From NCBI GenBank assembly GCA_965218435.1, contig CBDCKW010000009.1, positions 1,632,001 through 1,696,000 on the forward strand: a stretch of 64,000 bases of DNA, written 5' to 3'. The translations under genes were made by a program, and so were the position numbers. Numbering within the stretch: position 1 is the first letter of the stretch; every line of letters starts with the position of its first letter. This DNA is from Truepera sp. (lineage in GTDB: Bacteria > Deinococcota > Deinococci > Deinococcales > Trueperaceae). The notes below the pieces were generated by a model that was given only the letters and a program-made list of their open reading frames with translations, had not been told where the DNA came from and searched no databases. Of the stretch, positions 52,021 to 62,801 are shown piece by piece.

Positions 52021-52533
52021 CTAGGAACCAAAAAGGGTTTTTAAGTTGCCTAAACCAAGTTGGAAAAAGCCGCGGATCGCCCGTTCAGCGTCCGCTTTTG
52101 AAATGCCCACCGGCACAAACTCGCCCGACCAGGTGACGAGCGACCCGCCGTCGGCAGCTTTGACGGAAAGCGTTGCCGTGTAATCCGTCACCGGTGCCGG
52201 ACCTTTAAGCGTCCTATAGCTGTAAGACCTGCCGGCTGCGTCGTAGGTGATGAGCCTTTCGACACCCTCAGCGCCGTCGGCGGTGCGGACGCGCCGAACT
52301 TTGCCCCCGTCCTCGAGCGTACTCTTTGCAATCGCCGGGTGCCCTTTGGGAACGCCGTTAAAGTCACCCACAAGCTCCCAGACCTCTTCCGGTGAGGCGG
52401 AGAGTCGCGTTCGCGTCTCTCCCGTTACCTGTACCCTGTCCTTACCTGGTTCACCGCCACTTTCCTGAGCCAGGCTAAAGCCCAGCGTCAGACAAAGACA
52501 AACTACCAGCACCAACAGCCACGTCTTTTTCAT
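52021..52533 (-). CDS. Secreted SRPBCC/MxaD-like protein
   Basis: GGAGG RBS, MKK signal peptide; ASPEEVW..VGDF, ERL..YD...RSYSY. Confidence 0.85.
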   Translation of the reverse strand: MKKTWLLVLVVCLCLTLGFSLAQESGGEPGKDRVQVTGETRTRLSASPEEVWELVGDFNGVPKGHPAIAKSTLEDGGKVRRVRTADGAEGVERLITYDAAGRSYSYRTLKGPAPVTDYTATLSVKAADGGSLVTWSGEFVPVGISKADAERAIRGFFQLGLGNLKTLFGS

Positions 52534-52677
52534 CGTACCTCCCTTTGTTGAGCTAGAGGTCGGGGGACGAAGGTAACAGGGCTCGAGGAGGGCAATGTCG
52601 CGGCGCTGATAGGTGCATTCGGACATGCCCGCTCCGGTACCGAGAACGGTCACAGTGTTGTCGCTCTCGCAAGTCGG

Positions 52678-53328
52678 TTATCGGTTTTTCCCACTTTCGA
52701 GCCGCGTGATGACGACGTCGATCTCGCGGCGGGCCGTGTCTTGGTCGACCGGTATCGCGGGTTCGGTACCCTTCAAGGCACCCCAGGGCACGAGGAGATC
52801 GAAGCTGAGGTCACGGAGCGTTCGGAGGCTATTGACGTAAGCCTCGCGGTTGCTCTCCCCGAGGACGACTGCGTACCACCCGTTGTCGCCGACCAGAAGG
52901 GAGTCGGCCGTAAACAAGCAGCGGTGCTTGGGTCCTGCCCAAAGGTAGGCAGCTGAGCCAAGGGTGTGGCCGGGAATGGGAATCGCCTCGAGATCGTCAG
53001 CGAGCATAAGACGCTGGTCGAAGGTCTCTGCGATAGGGACGTCTTTCTCGGCCTTCGCGCGGTCAGCAGCGTGGCACATGACCGGTGCACCGAGCCGCGC
53101 GGCGATGTCGGCGGCCCCCATGCTGGCTTCGTGCCAGTGGCCCAAGACGTGTCGGCGGAGACCACCGAGCGACTCGATCTCGTCAGCTTCCGCGGCGGTC
53201 CGGTCGGTGGCGTAAACGAGCGTGTTGCCGTCAGCGCCGCAGAGGAAAAAAGTGCGGATGAGGGTGTCAGGCGCGAAGATAAGCGGACGCGGTTCAGAAG
53301 CGTGTAGTCCGGGAACGATCTCGTGCAC
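52678..53328 (-). CDS. MBL-fold metallohydrolase
   Basis: HWHE, CH.AD, PGHT.GS, LFTADS. Confidence 0.82.
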   Translation of the reverse strand: MHEIVPGLHASEPRPLIFAPDTLIRTFFLCGADGNTLVYATDRTAAEADEIESLGGLRRHVLGHWHEASMGAADIAARLGAPVMCHAADRAKAEKDVPIAETFDQRLMLADDLEAIPIPGHTLGSAAYLWAGPKHRCLFTADSLLVGDNGWYAVVLGESNREAYVNSLRTLRDLSFDLLVPWGALKGTEPAIPVDQDTARREIDVVITRLESGKNR

Positions 53329-53337
53329 GTCAGTGAC

Positions 53338-54063
53338 CTAACCCTGCATCGGCATGCCCGCTTCAGCGGGTTCGGTGATCGCGGCTTCCAGGATTTTCTG
53401 GGCTACCTCTTCTGCCGAGTCAGGTTGTGGCCTCGACTGGTCAGAGTTCGGACGGGGACCATCGCCGGGATTTTCACTTAGGGCATTTTTGCCGAAGTCG
53501 GTGGCCGTCTGGCCTGGGAGGAACAGCACAACCCGGATGTTATCGTCGGCCAGCTCGTTGCGCGCTGTCAGGCTAAGGCCGTTGAGTGCATACTTAGTGG
53601 AGGCGTACGCACCGATTCCCGGTATTGCCATCTTGCTCACGTTGGAACTGATGTTGACGATCACGCCGCCGCCCTGCTCCTTCATCTTCGGTACAACCGC
53701 CTGAATCATGTAAAGTGGCCCAAATAGATTTAACTCGATGATCTTACGGTAGAGCTCGGGATTGACGGTGGCGACCGGGCCGACTGCCGCTTGCCCGGCA
53801 TTGTTGACAACCATGTCAATGCGGCCGAAGTGCTCGTAGGCCGTATCGATCAGGTCTTTTACCTGAGCTTCGTCGGTCATATCGGTCGGAACGACCAGCG
53901 TTTCGGCTTCGTCTGGCAAGCTACGGGCAACCTCTTCTAACTTGTCAGCAGACCGCGCCGCCAGAACCAACTTCGCGCCTGCCTCAGCGAAAGCGTGAGC
54001 CGTCGCCGCGCCAATCCCCATCGAAGCGCCGGTAACGATGACAACTTTGTCCTGAATTTCCAT
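53338..54063 (-). CDS. SDR oxidoreductase
   Basis: TGASMGIG, NNAG, YASTK; AGGAGG RBS before ATG 54063. Confidence 0.92.
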   Translation of the reverse strand: MEIQDKVVIVTGASMGIGAATAHAFAEAGAKLVLAARSADKLEEVARSLPDEAETLVVPTDMTDEAQVKDLIDTAYEHFGRIDMVVNNAGQAAVGPVATVNPELYRKIIELNLFGPLYMIQAVVPKMKEQGGGVIVNISSNVSKMAIPGIGAYASTKYALNGLSLTARNELADDNIRVVLFLPGQTATDFGKNALSENPGDGPRPNSDQSRPQPDSAEEVAQKILEAAITEPAEAGMPMQG

Positions 54064-54138
54064 AATTTTTACCTCCTGAAAGTATAGGTGACCCTTGTCG
54101 TTTCCAGCTACTTTGAGTAAAGTGGAATGACGATCCAT

Positions 54139-54167
54139 ATAATACGGAGCCTTGCTCCATTTGTCAA
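54139..54167 (-). promoter_or_regulatory. Promoter of the SDR operon with a likely TetR operator
   Basis: TTGACA-17 nt-TATTAT on the minus strand; palindrome GGAGC-ctt-GCTCC in the spacer; divergent TetR gene. Confidence 0.65.
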
Positions 54168-54192
54168 GTGGATGGTAGATCGGGGATCAAAG

Positions 54193-54819
54193 ATGAGTAA
54201 GTTGCCGACCAGCGAAAGCGGTAAAGCTGAGCACGAAGGCCCAAACGCTCGGCCTATGCGCGCTGACGCACAACGGAATATGGACGCTTTGTTGGAGGCG
54301 GCAATAAAAGTGTTCGCAACGTCGGGTGTAGATGCTCCTGTGCGGGAGATTGCTGCCAAGGCGGGCGTGGGCATGGGCACCCTGTATCGTCATTTCCCGC
54401 AACGCTCGGACCTTGTGGTAGCAGTCTTCCGTCATGAGGTTGATGCCTGTGCCGCTGCTGCCGAGGTCTTGGCGGCGGAACACAAGCCGCACGAGGCGCT
54501 GGCCCTTTGGTTACAGCGTTACGCAGACTTCATTGCGACGAAACGCGGACTTGCAGCGGCTTTACACTCCGGAGACCCAGCCTTCGCCACGTTGCCTGCC
54601 TACTTCATTGAGCGGCTCCGACCCGCGCTGGGAGCGTTGCTTGACACAGCGGCGAAAGCAGGTGAGGTGCGTTCCGAGATTGGGCCAGACGACCTACTGA
54701 GCGCAGTCAGCAGCCTGTGTATGTCGGCTCACAACAATGAAACCAACTACACACGTCGTGTGGTTGCCCTGCTCGCCGACGGATTGCGGTTCGTTGCACA
54801 GCAAGAAGGTGTGTCCTGA
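54193..54819 (+). CDS. TetR/AcrR-family regulator
   Basis: RADAQRN, IA.KAGVG.GTLYRHFP. Confidence 0.95.
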   Translation: MSKLPTSESGKAEHEGPNARPMRADAQRNMDALLEAAIKVFATSGVDAPVREIAAKAGVGMGTLYRHFPQRSDLVVAVFRHEVDACAAAAEVLAAEHKPHEALALWLQRYADFIATKRGLAAALHSGDPAFATLPAYFIERLRPALGALLDTAAKAGEVRSEIGPDDLLSAVSSLCMSAHNNETNYTRRVVALLADGLRFVAQQEGVS

Positions 54820-54921
54820 GCCGAAACGCTTTTACTAGTACACTAGACCTCCTTTCTTCCTTTCAGCCCTGGAGTAGTGGCGAACGGCCCTACCGCTCGG
54901 ACGCAGGTATATCGTAGACTA

Positions 54922-54952
54922 ATTAGGTAAACTAACATTTAGTTTACCTAAT
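54922..54952. promoter_or_regulatory. Perfect 14-bp inverted repeat, likely MarR operator
   Basis: ATTAGGTAAACTAA-cat-TTAGTTTACCTAAT, 13 nt upstream of the MarR ATG. Confidence 0.7.
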
Positions 54953-54965
54953 AATCAGAGTCATC

Positions 54966-55454
54966 ATGTTCAAGAACCGCTTCGATAGATACCTAGGGTT
55001 GGCGCAACAGTTCGGCGCACGAACAGTGTTTTTTCAGACTGCTGCGGCTCGCCGGCTCGAGCTCACCGCGACCGAGCTCGAGTGCTTCCGGCTGGTGCAG
55101 CACGGGGGCTCGCTAACGGCGTCAGACCTAGTACAGGAGACAGTGCTCACGCCAGCTTCGCTAAGCGTTATCGTCGACAAGCTTGTCACCAGGGCGTTCT
55201 TAAGTCGTGAGCAAGACCCCAACGACCGCCGCCGCTGGCGCTTGCGGACGAATCAGGCGGCAACGGCGAAGGTCGAGGCCGTCTACGCCGCACATGCAAG
55301 TCGGGCGGAGAAACTACTCGGCGACTACAGTGACGAAGAGTTCGAGGTTATCTTGCGTTTTATGGATAGGTTCGCCGACGAGCTGAAAGCGACGGCCATC
55401 AGCTTTTCCCAGGACGGTCCGGCGAGGGAGCGCGGCAAGCACTTAGACCGATAG
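54966..55454 (+). CDS. MarR-family regulator
   Basis: LT.TE.EC, TASDL...T.LT..S....VDKL, DP.DRRR. Confidence 0.9.
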   Translation: MFKNRFDRYLGLAQQFGARTVFFQTAAARRLELTATELECFRLVQHGGSLTASDLVQETVLTPASLSVIVDKLVTRAFLSREQDPNDRRRWRLRTNQAATAKVEAVYAAHASRAEKLLGDYSDEEFEVILRFMDRFADELKATAISFSQDGPARERGKHLDR

Positions 55455-55767
55455 GGCGTCGGTAGGCTGGTGTAGCCGTTGCCTCGGCGGATACTGTCTT
55501 ACGCCCGAGAACGAAATGTGCGCCGTACCCGAGGTAGAATCGTCCTCGAGCCTTTGGATAGCGGACTCGAGCTTGAGGCAGGGTTACTGTGTTTGTAGCT
55601 TGCCGGTGTACCTGCCGCGTCCTGACACCCGCAGCATCTGGACACCCGCAGCATTGTCACGAGAGGTCGCGGCAACCGTTATCTTAGAATAGGTGCGCTG
55701 GACAGCAAATTTCAGGCTGAGAGCGTTGTCGACCAGATATTACCTGCTACTAATACCGAAGGTGCAG

Positions 55768-56754
<987 letters not shown>

Positions 56755-56849
56755 AACGCCTCCTCTTGCAAGGCAGCCTAAACCGGGAGCGCAGCGGGGT
56801 TTGTCACGAGCGTTGCAAAACCACAGCTGAGAGCTTGTTAGCGTAAGAC

Positions 56850-57566
56850 ATGAATTTAACAGGTAAGACCGCACTGATTACCGGGGGCAGTAAAGGGATC
56901 GGCTACGGCGTCGCTGAGGCGCTCGTTAAAGAAGGCGTCAACGTGACCGTCACCTCGCGTCATGAAGATGAAGTCACGGCTGCCGCCGAAAAACTCTCGA
57001 GTCAAGGCCCCGGCCGCGCCCTCGGCGTCGTCTGCAACGTACGCAACTATAGTGAGCAGCAAGCCGCCGTGCAAAAGACCGTAGACGAGTTCAGAGGGCT
57101 CAACGTTCTCGTCGCCAACGCCGGGTTCGGCACCTTTGCACCGATTCAGGAGATGACGCCCGACGAGTGGAACGACACGGTTGACACCAACCTGACCGGC
57201 GTGTTTTACAGCGTCAAAGCGTCGTTAGAGGCGCTTAAAAAACAGGGCGGCTACATCTTTACCATCTCGTCTTTGGCCGGGAAAAACCCGGTGGCCGGGG
57301 GTTCGGCGTATAACGCCAGCAAATTCGGACTGAACGGCTTTTCCGAGGCGATTATGCTTGACCTACGTCAAGATGATATTCAGGTCTCGACCATTATGCC
57401 GGGGTCGGTCGCTACCGGGTTTGGTGGTCAAGAGGTTTCAGAAGCAGACGCCTGGAAGATTCAGCCTGAAGACATCGCCGAGATCGTCGTTTCACTCCTT
57501 AAACTGCCCGAGCGCACCTTGCCGAGCCGAGTTGAAGTAAGGCCGAGCAAACCGCCAAAAAAATAA
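56850..57566 (+). CDS. SDR oxidoreductase
   Basis: [17 protein letters not shown]. Confidence 0.92.
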   Translation: MNLTGKTALITGGSKGIGYGVAEALVKEGVNVTVTSRHEDEVTAAAEKLSSQGPGRALGVVCNVRNYSEQQAAVQKTVDEFRGLNVLVANAGFGTFAPIQEMTPDEWNDTVDTNLTGVFYSVKASLEALKKQGGYIFTISSLAGKNPVAGGSAYNASKFGLNGFSEAIMLDLRQDDIQVSTIMPGSVATGFGGQEVSEADAWKIQPEDIAEIVVSLLKLPERTLPSRVEVRPSKPPKK

Positions 57567-57592
57567 TGAGGGAAACAAAAAACGCAGAAAAA

Positions 57593-57702
57593 TTAGGAGC
57601 CGTCTCATAAACAAACAGCAGGCCGCGTAGCTGCTGAACCGGGCTTAGCCTCTTTCTCGGTTGTACAAAGCTTCTGCGCGAGTTTTTTGAGACGACTTTT
57701 AG
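57593..57702. mobile_element. MITE family C-related element (110 bp, TTAG at both ends)
   Basis: GAGCCGTCTCATAAAC / GTTTTTTGAGACGACTT inverted ends. Confidence 0.55.
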
Positions 57703-58044
57703 GTAGTGCCGAGGTTGGCTCTTATTGTTCCACTTTTAGGTGCGCGGGAGGCGTTATCTTGACTGCTTAATGCTTACTTTTTTCGCACTATACATTGCTG
57801 ACCGACACGTTCAGGATGTCAACAAAACCTAGTTAAAGGTACTGCAGCGCAGCCTGAAGTTGACCTAAAAACCATCTTAAAAGCGCGTGTACAAGTCCTG
57901 ACGCCCAGCACTTCATTGGGTCAACTAGGGTCTTGATAGCAACTTCTCGGACTCTGCTCCAGACGCCGACTGCGTTTTAGATTTCTCACACCTGCAATTT
58001 CGGGAGTTCGGCTCCTGGCGGAGGTATACGTTTGGTAGGACAAC

Positions 58045-58335
58045 GTGTTATCTTTCAAATGGCTGTTGAGGCACATAGTCAGCCTTATGAGGATACGACA
58101 AAAATACCGGGGGAATCACTTGCGGAGTCGGGCGCTCAATTTAGCTTTTAACCGCGCCCTCGTTGACGTAGCGTACCGGCAGGCGCTCTTTTTAGACTTA
58201 CGCCGAATGCTCCTCGAGGCAGGGGTCCCGGAAGCTGAGATTGTGAGTCTCGAGGCCCACACGCCGCGTTCGCTCGAGGGGCTGGCGCAGGCACTCGAGG
58301 CGGCGCACGTCTCGACCTTTACGCCTAAAGATTAG
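58045..58335 (+). CDS. Small hypothetical protein (start uncertain)
   Basis: Fills the gap; C-terminal part RALVD.AYRQAL..D...L.EAG looks like a real helical protein. Confidence 0.55.
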   Translation: MLSFKWLLRHIVSLMRIRQKYRGNHLRSRALNLAFNRALVDVAYRQALFLDLRRMLLEAGVPEAEIVSLEAHTPRSLEGLAQALEAAHVSTFTPKD

Positions 58336-58344
58336 TCTCCAAAA

Positions 58345-59226
58345 TCAGTCTTTGGCAGTCACTTTAGGCTTGAGGGTTTCAGACTGTGCAAAGTCGGGGT
58401 TGGCCCGCACCTCAGGCGCGCGAACGTAACTGCGCGTATCAACCTCGAGTTCAGCGAAGCGGGCGTCACCTGCCCGCTCTTTCCAGATACGCGCTTTGGC
58501 CGGAATCCCGAGCCCGATCACGTGCGGCTCGAAGTCGCGGGTCACGAGCGCCAGTGCGCCCATCATACTGTCGTCACTTAAAACCGTCCCGGCCAAGACG
58601 GTCGCGTGATACGCCACCCGGACGCCGCGCCCGATCACGGTTCTTTTCAGGGTCACGTCCGGCGACTCTAACACGCTGTGGGTGTGACTGTAGACGTTGG
58701 CATAATCGGACAAGTTGACGCCGTCGTGGAGTTTGACGCCGCCAATATCATCAATAAAAACATTTCGGTGAACAGACACGTTATCGCCGACCTCGAGGTT
58801 ATAACCCACCGAGACCTCGACATTTTGAAAGATATTGAGATTTTTACCCGTATGGGCGAAGATGCGCTCGGCTAACATCCGCCGGAGCCGTAACCCACTT
58901 TCAACCGATTGACCCATTGGGGTTAGGTCGAGGCTTTTCCAGAGCCAGAGCAGCGGTTTAACGTGAGCAAAACGTTCCTGATCGGTCACGACGTAACGCT
59001 CAGCCTCGAACAAGACGTTGCGCGGGTCGAGAGCGAAGGCGGCGGCAGGCGCACGCTCGGCGAGTTCAGCGTAAGGCGCGGCGTGCAGCACCTGAGCGAG
59101 CGTCTCACGCACCGTCTCGAAACGGTCTAAACCGGGATCGTCTAAACGCTCGGCCAAGTCGCCTAAAAATTTCGTTAAAAACGCCTCACCGGCGGGCGCA
59201 ATGCTGCGCGGGACTAACCAGGGCAT
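58345..59226 (-). CDS. Hexapeptide-repeat acyltransferase
   Basis: GYNL.VGDNV..HR.VFIDD.GG, V..SDY.NVYSH.H, LbH repeats. Confidence 0.88.
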   Translation of the reverse strand: MPWLVPRSIAPAGEAFLTKFLGDLAERLDDPGLDRFETVRETLAQVLHAAPYAELAERAPAAAFALDPRNVLFEAERYVVTDQERFAHVKPLLWLWKSLDLTPMGQSVESGLRLRRMLAERIFAHTGKNLNIFQNVEVSVGYNLEVGDNVSVHRNVFIDDIGGVKLHDGVNLSDYANVYSHTHSVLESPDVTLKRTVIGRGVRVAYHATVLAGTVLSDDSMMGALALVTRDFEPHVIGLGIPAKARIWKERAGDARFAELEVDTRSYVRAPEVRANPDFAQSETLKPKVTAKD

Positions 59227-59308
59227 AGGGCGACTTTCATAGCGTTACCTTAGCTTTCGGGGTGTACGGGCCGCGTCGCCCAGCCTACGCGCCTGAATTT
59301 CGTTGACC

Positions 59309-59785
59309 CTGGAAACCGTCTCAAAAACTTTTTTCGGACTGAGGGCTAAAAAGAGTTGGCCGAGCCAGCCAAGTAAGCTAAGACGCTCTAAGTCTGGAAA
59401 ATCTAAGCCTAGGAAATCTTTGAGCTAGATTGTAAAGTCAGCGGGGCGTTGGTAGCAGGCCGCCAAAAGAAGTCGGAACGAAGGATTCAGAATAATTCAA
59501 GCAAGAACCGGGCTTTGCACAAAAAGTCTACAAAAAGTCATAAGGATGCATTTTGGAAAATTTACTTGCACCGAAGCTTGTTGAGGGACTTTGAAATTTG
59601 CGTCGGTGACTACAAAGCTTATTCCAGTCTATTCGTCGATTTTATGGCGTGAAAACTTATGAGGCTGGAGAGGACTTTTTGTGCAAAGCCCAAGAACCGG
59701 TTGTTTCTTACGCAGCAGAGACGTAACGACAAAAGCGAAGAGCGCAACAACGCATTTTGGCGACATGTTTCTTTGAGACGACCGC
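59309..59785. mobile_element. Degenerate family-C-like element hosting a nested family-A MITE
   Basis: Starts AAACCGTCTCAAAAAC, ends TTTGAGACGACC; first approx. 95 bp align by eye with 49061-49155. Confidence 0.5.
59511..59690. mobile_element. MITE family A, copy 2 (180 bp)
   Basis: Identical by eye to 50803-50982; 9-bp TSD CAAGAACCG. Confidence 0.95.
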
Positions 59786-59801
59786 AAACCAGCTCAGCCG
59801 G

Positions 59802-60443
59802 TTAGAGAAACCGCACACCCGTCACACCGAGCACCGGGTCGTGCAGCAGCCGTACCCGCTGACGCAAAAGCTGTGAGGCGCGGCCCGCTTCGGCGTCACC
59901 GGCGTCGGTTTGGGTTGGCGGCGCAATGATAACCGGCCGCGCCGCGAGCGCGACCGATCCGGTGTGCGTCGTACGCGCCCACAGCGCGTCAAACGACCAG
60001 TCGTCGGCCCAGGTGTCTTTGAGGGCCAAAAGTGCCGGACGCCCTTTGGTCACGACGCGGCCCTCCGCTACCGTTGTGCCTTCAGCCCCCGACGTATTCG
60101 GGCGGCGTACCCGGAGGCGGGTCGGCAGGTCGGCGAGACCGGCATAAAAGAGGTCAACAAACTCGTCGAGCAAAAAGTGCTGCCGTAAAAGTGCTTGTGC
60201 GTCAGGTGCGAGTTCCTCGAGGTCGTCCTCGTCGGGGTCTGAGAGGTCTAACCCGGCAAAGAGGGCGCTGAGCTGGGCAGGCAGGTTATTGAGGCGGTAA
60301 AAGGTTTCTTCAGCTGTGCTGGGAACAACGCGGAGCGGTGCGAGCCGAACGCCTGCAGCAGCAAGTTGCGCCAGCGCAGCGAGCTCGGGGGACGCGTCAG
60401 CAGCGGCAACGACGTCGGTAGGGGCGATAAGCAAAGTAGACAC
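59802..60443 (-). CDS. Hypothetical protein resembling a degenerate PEP synthase/PPDK N-terminal domain
   Basis: LAQLAAAGV..AP..VVP..AEETFYRLNNL; ALKD.WA..W. Confidence 0.6.
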   Translation of the reverse strand: MSTLLIAPTDVVAAADASPELAALAQLAAAGVRLAPLRVVPSTAEETFYRLNNLPAQLSALFAGLDLSDPDEDDLEELAPDAQALLRQHFLLDEFVDLFYAGLADLPTRLRVRRPNTSGAEGTTVAEGRVVTKGRPALLALKDTWADDWSFDALWARTTHTGSVALAARPVIIAPPTQTDAGDAEAGRASQLLRQRVRLLHDPVLGVTGVRFL

Positions 60444-60695
60444 AACTCAACTATAACGGACATGATTTGTCGGAAGCCTCGAGTCGCCGGCGGTTAAGCT
60501 GCAGTGACCTCAGCTTTTGTCCTCACGTTTTTGCGTGCTTATGAGACGATATCTTCGTCGAGCCGGTAGCTTCCTTTTACGTTCCTAATTCTAACTTCTT
60601 ACAGCCTGCCGCCAGCTTAGCAGGTTGATAAAACTTCGTCGGCAAGTCGAACACCGGCCCCAGGCTCATCGAACTGCAGCAAGTCATGATAAAGT

Positions 60696-61991
60696 TTGAC
60701 TGTGGTACGTTCTCAACCGCACCGTAAAAACCCACTGCGGGCTTTTTTAGCCGTTGCGCTGCTGTTGGCTTTCGCCGGTTTTATTGTTCTCCTCGGTACC
60801 CGCTACGCTCAAGTCGGCGTGGTGCGCGTTCCAGACGTGGTCGGTTTAAGCGCCAACGACGCCAGCCAGACGCTGCGCGCTCAGGGCTTTGAAGTCTCGA
60901 CCTATCCTGACAGTGCCCCGGGGACGCCCCCTGAAAGCGTGACCCGCCAGACACCGGCGGCGGGCGCATCGGTACGCCGTGGCCGCGGCGTCGCGCTCGG
61001 CGTCAGTACGGCGGGTACGAGCACCGTACCACGGCTGACCGGCTTAAGTCAGAGTGACGCTGAAGCGGTGTTGGCGCGTGCCGGGTTAGAACTCGTGGGC
61101 CTCACCTACCGCAACGCTCCGCAACCCCAGGGAACTGTTTTGGTGCAGCGCCCGGCGGCGGGCGAAACGGTGAGCACAGGAACGGTGCAGCTCAGCTTAA
61201 GTTTGGGGCCGCAGCCACGGCACGTTCGCCTTCCCAGAGTCGTCGGCAAACGTCTGGACGTGGCGCAGCAGCAGCTGAGCAACCTCGGTTTTCGCCAGAT
61301 CGTCACGGTTCCGGTGCGGCTGGGACCGCCGGGCGTCACCGCGCAAACACCCACAGCTGGACAGCGTGTCAGCGTTAGTGCGCCCGTGACGCTCTACTAC
61401 ACGGTCGCCAACCGGCAGGTGGTGCCCGTGCCGCCTCTTCGCGGTTTGGCTTTAGCGCAGGCTGCGGAGCGGTTACAAGCCGCCGGACTCCGCGTCGGTT
61501 TTGTCACTACCGACCCGTTTGACCCGGCGGAGCCGAGCGGGGTCAGCGAGGTCAAACCGGACGCTTATACCCTCTGGGGCACCGCCGTCGAGCTCCATAC
61601 CAACGGCGACGCAGGCTCATATCGGGTGCAAACGCCCGCTTTGCCGCCGCTAAGGACGCGCACCGAACAGGCTCAGCGTCCAGGGCCAAACGCCGCACAA
61701 TTAGGCAACGCGGGTAACGTCGCTTCTAGGACGAACGCTACCCCGCTCCCGGCCACCGGCGGCCGCGTGATCTCGATTGATTACGACCCGGCCAATTATT
61801 CGTTTTTGCAGGGGCGTGCGTACGAGTTTAAGGTCGAGGTTACCGATGATGAAGGCACCCGTGTCGCGTTAGAACGCGCCATGAAACCTGACGAGGTAGT
61901 CCAAGACAGCGTGACCGTTTACGGTGAGACCGAGCTGCGGATGTATATTGACGGCCAGATCGTCTTAGCATACAACCCGCCTAATCCGTAA
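60696..61991 (+). CDS. Multi-PASTA-domain membrane protein (no kinase domain)
   Basis: N-terminal TM; VPDVVG, VPRLTG, LPRVVG, VPPLRG repeats with Q.P.AG. Confidence 0.88.
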   Translation: MTVVRSQPHRKNPLRAFLAVALLLAFAGFIVLLGTRYAQVGVVRVPDVVGLSANDASQTLRAQGFEVSTYPDSAPGTPPESVTRQTPAAGASVRRGRGVALGVSTAGTSTVPRLTGLSQSDAEAVLARAGLELVGLTYRNAPQPQGTVLVQRPAAGETVSTGTVQLSLSLGPQPRHVRLPRVVGKRLDVAQQQLSNLGFRQIVTVPVRLGPPGVTAQTPTAGQRVSVSAPVTLYYTVANRQVVPVPPLRGLALAQAAERLQAAGLRVGFVTTDPFDPAEPSGVSEVKPDAYTLWGTAVELHTNGDAGSYRVQTPALPPLRTRTEQAQRPGPNAAQLGNAGNVASRTNATPLPATGGRVISIDYDPANYSFLQGRAYEFKVEVTDDEGTRVALERAMKPDEVVQDSVTVYGETELRMYIDGQIVLAYNPPNP

Positions 61992-62000
61992 AGCTTCAAG

Positions 62001-62801
62001 CTAGAACAGTGCGTCGGGTAGGGAGAGCACCCCGAGCAGCTGCGCCGCGACCGAAATGGCGACGGCTTGGGGGCTTTTACCGGGAACATTGGGAAGACCG
62101 ATAGGCGTGGTGACACGCGCCAAGTCGTTTTCGCCCAAGCCGTGTTGCACCAGCTCACGGCGAAAGTGCGTCCACTTACTCGTTGACCCGATCAAGCCGA
62201 TAAAGCCGAAGGTATCGGTGCGGAGGGCACGCTCGAGCACCGCCATATCTTCGGCGTGGTCGTGCGTCAAGATGAGCAGGTGGGCACCTCGGGGCAAGGC
62301 ATCTAAAATACTCTCAGGAACCGGCGCGTGATGGGTTGTAACCGAAGCGGTCAAAGGTACAGGTAGTGGACGCTTGAGAGCTTCGGGCCTCGAGTCGATT
62401 AGCTGCAGCTCTACAGGCAACGTCCCTAACACCTGCACCAGTGCCCACCCGACGTGGCCCGCGCCGAAAATCGCCACCGTCGGACGTTCGGGATAGTGAG
62501 GCTCCAAAAGCAGCGTCACTTCTCCCCCGCAGCACTGCACGCCGTAGTCGCCGCCCTTAAGCCCTAACGTTTGGGTGGCTATTTCGGGCACGGTGACGCG
62601 CTCAGCAAGAAGCGTACGGGCGCGGTCTATGGTGTGGGCCTCGAGGTTACCCCCACCGATACTGCCCCAGACCGCAGCAGCACTGACGACCAGCTTGCTG
62701 CCGGCCCCGCGCGGCGCGTGACCCCGAACCTGAGCAATCGTCACGAGGACGAACGGCGTCCCTGTCTTACTCAGAGTCGTGACATTTGAAAGCCAACTCA
62801 T
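62001..62801 (-). CDS. xdhC: Xanthine dehydrogenase accessory protein XdhC
   Basis: GHAPR.AG.K, GSIGGGNLE, QCCGG, FGAGHVG, THDH..D, GLIGS. Confidence 0.93.
   Translation of the reverse strand: MSWLSNVTTLSKTGTPFVLVTIAQVRGHAPRGAGSKLVVSAAAVWGSIGGGNLEAHTIDRARTLLAERVTVPEIATQTLGLKGGDYGVQCCGGEVTLLLEPHYPERPTVAIFGAGHVGWALVQVLGTLPVELQLIDSRPEALKRPLPVPLTASVTTHHAPVPESILDALPRGAHLLILTHDHAEDMAVLERALRTDTFGFIGLIGSTSKWTHFRRELVQHGLGENDLARVTTPIGLPNVPGKSPQAVAISVAAQLLGVLSLPDALF

Noticed and set aside
57720..58040. Long intergenic region as possible ncRNA or tRNA
   Set aside because: Only a small TTCG hairpin; no cloverleaf or known RNA motif recognised.
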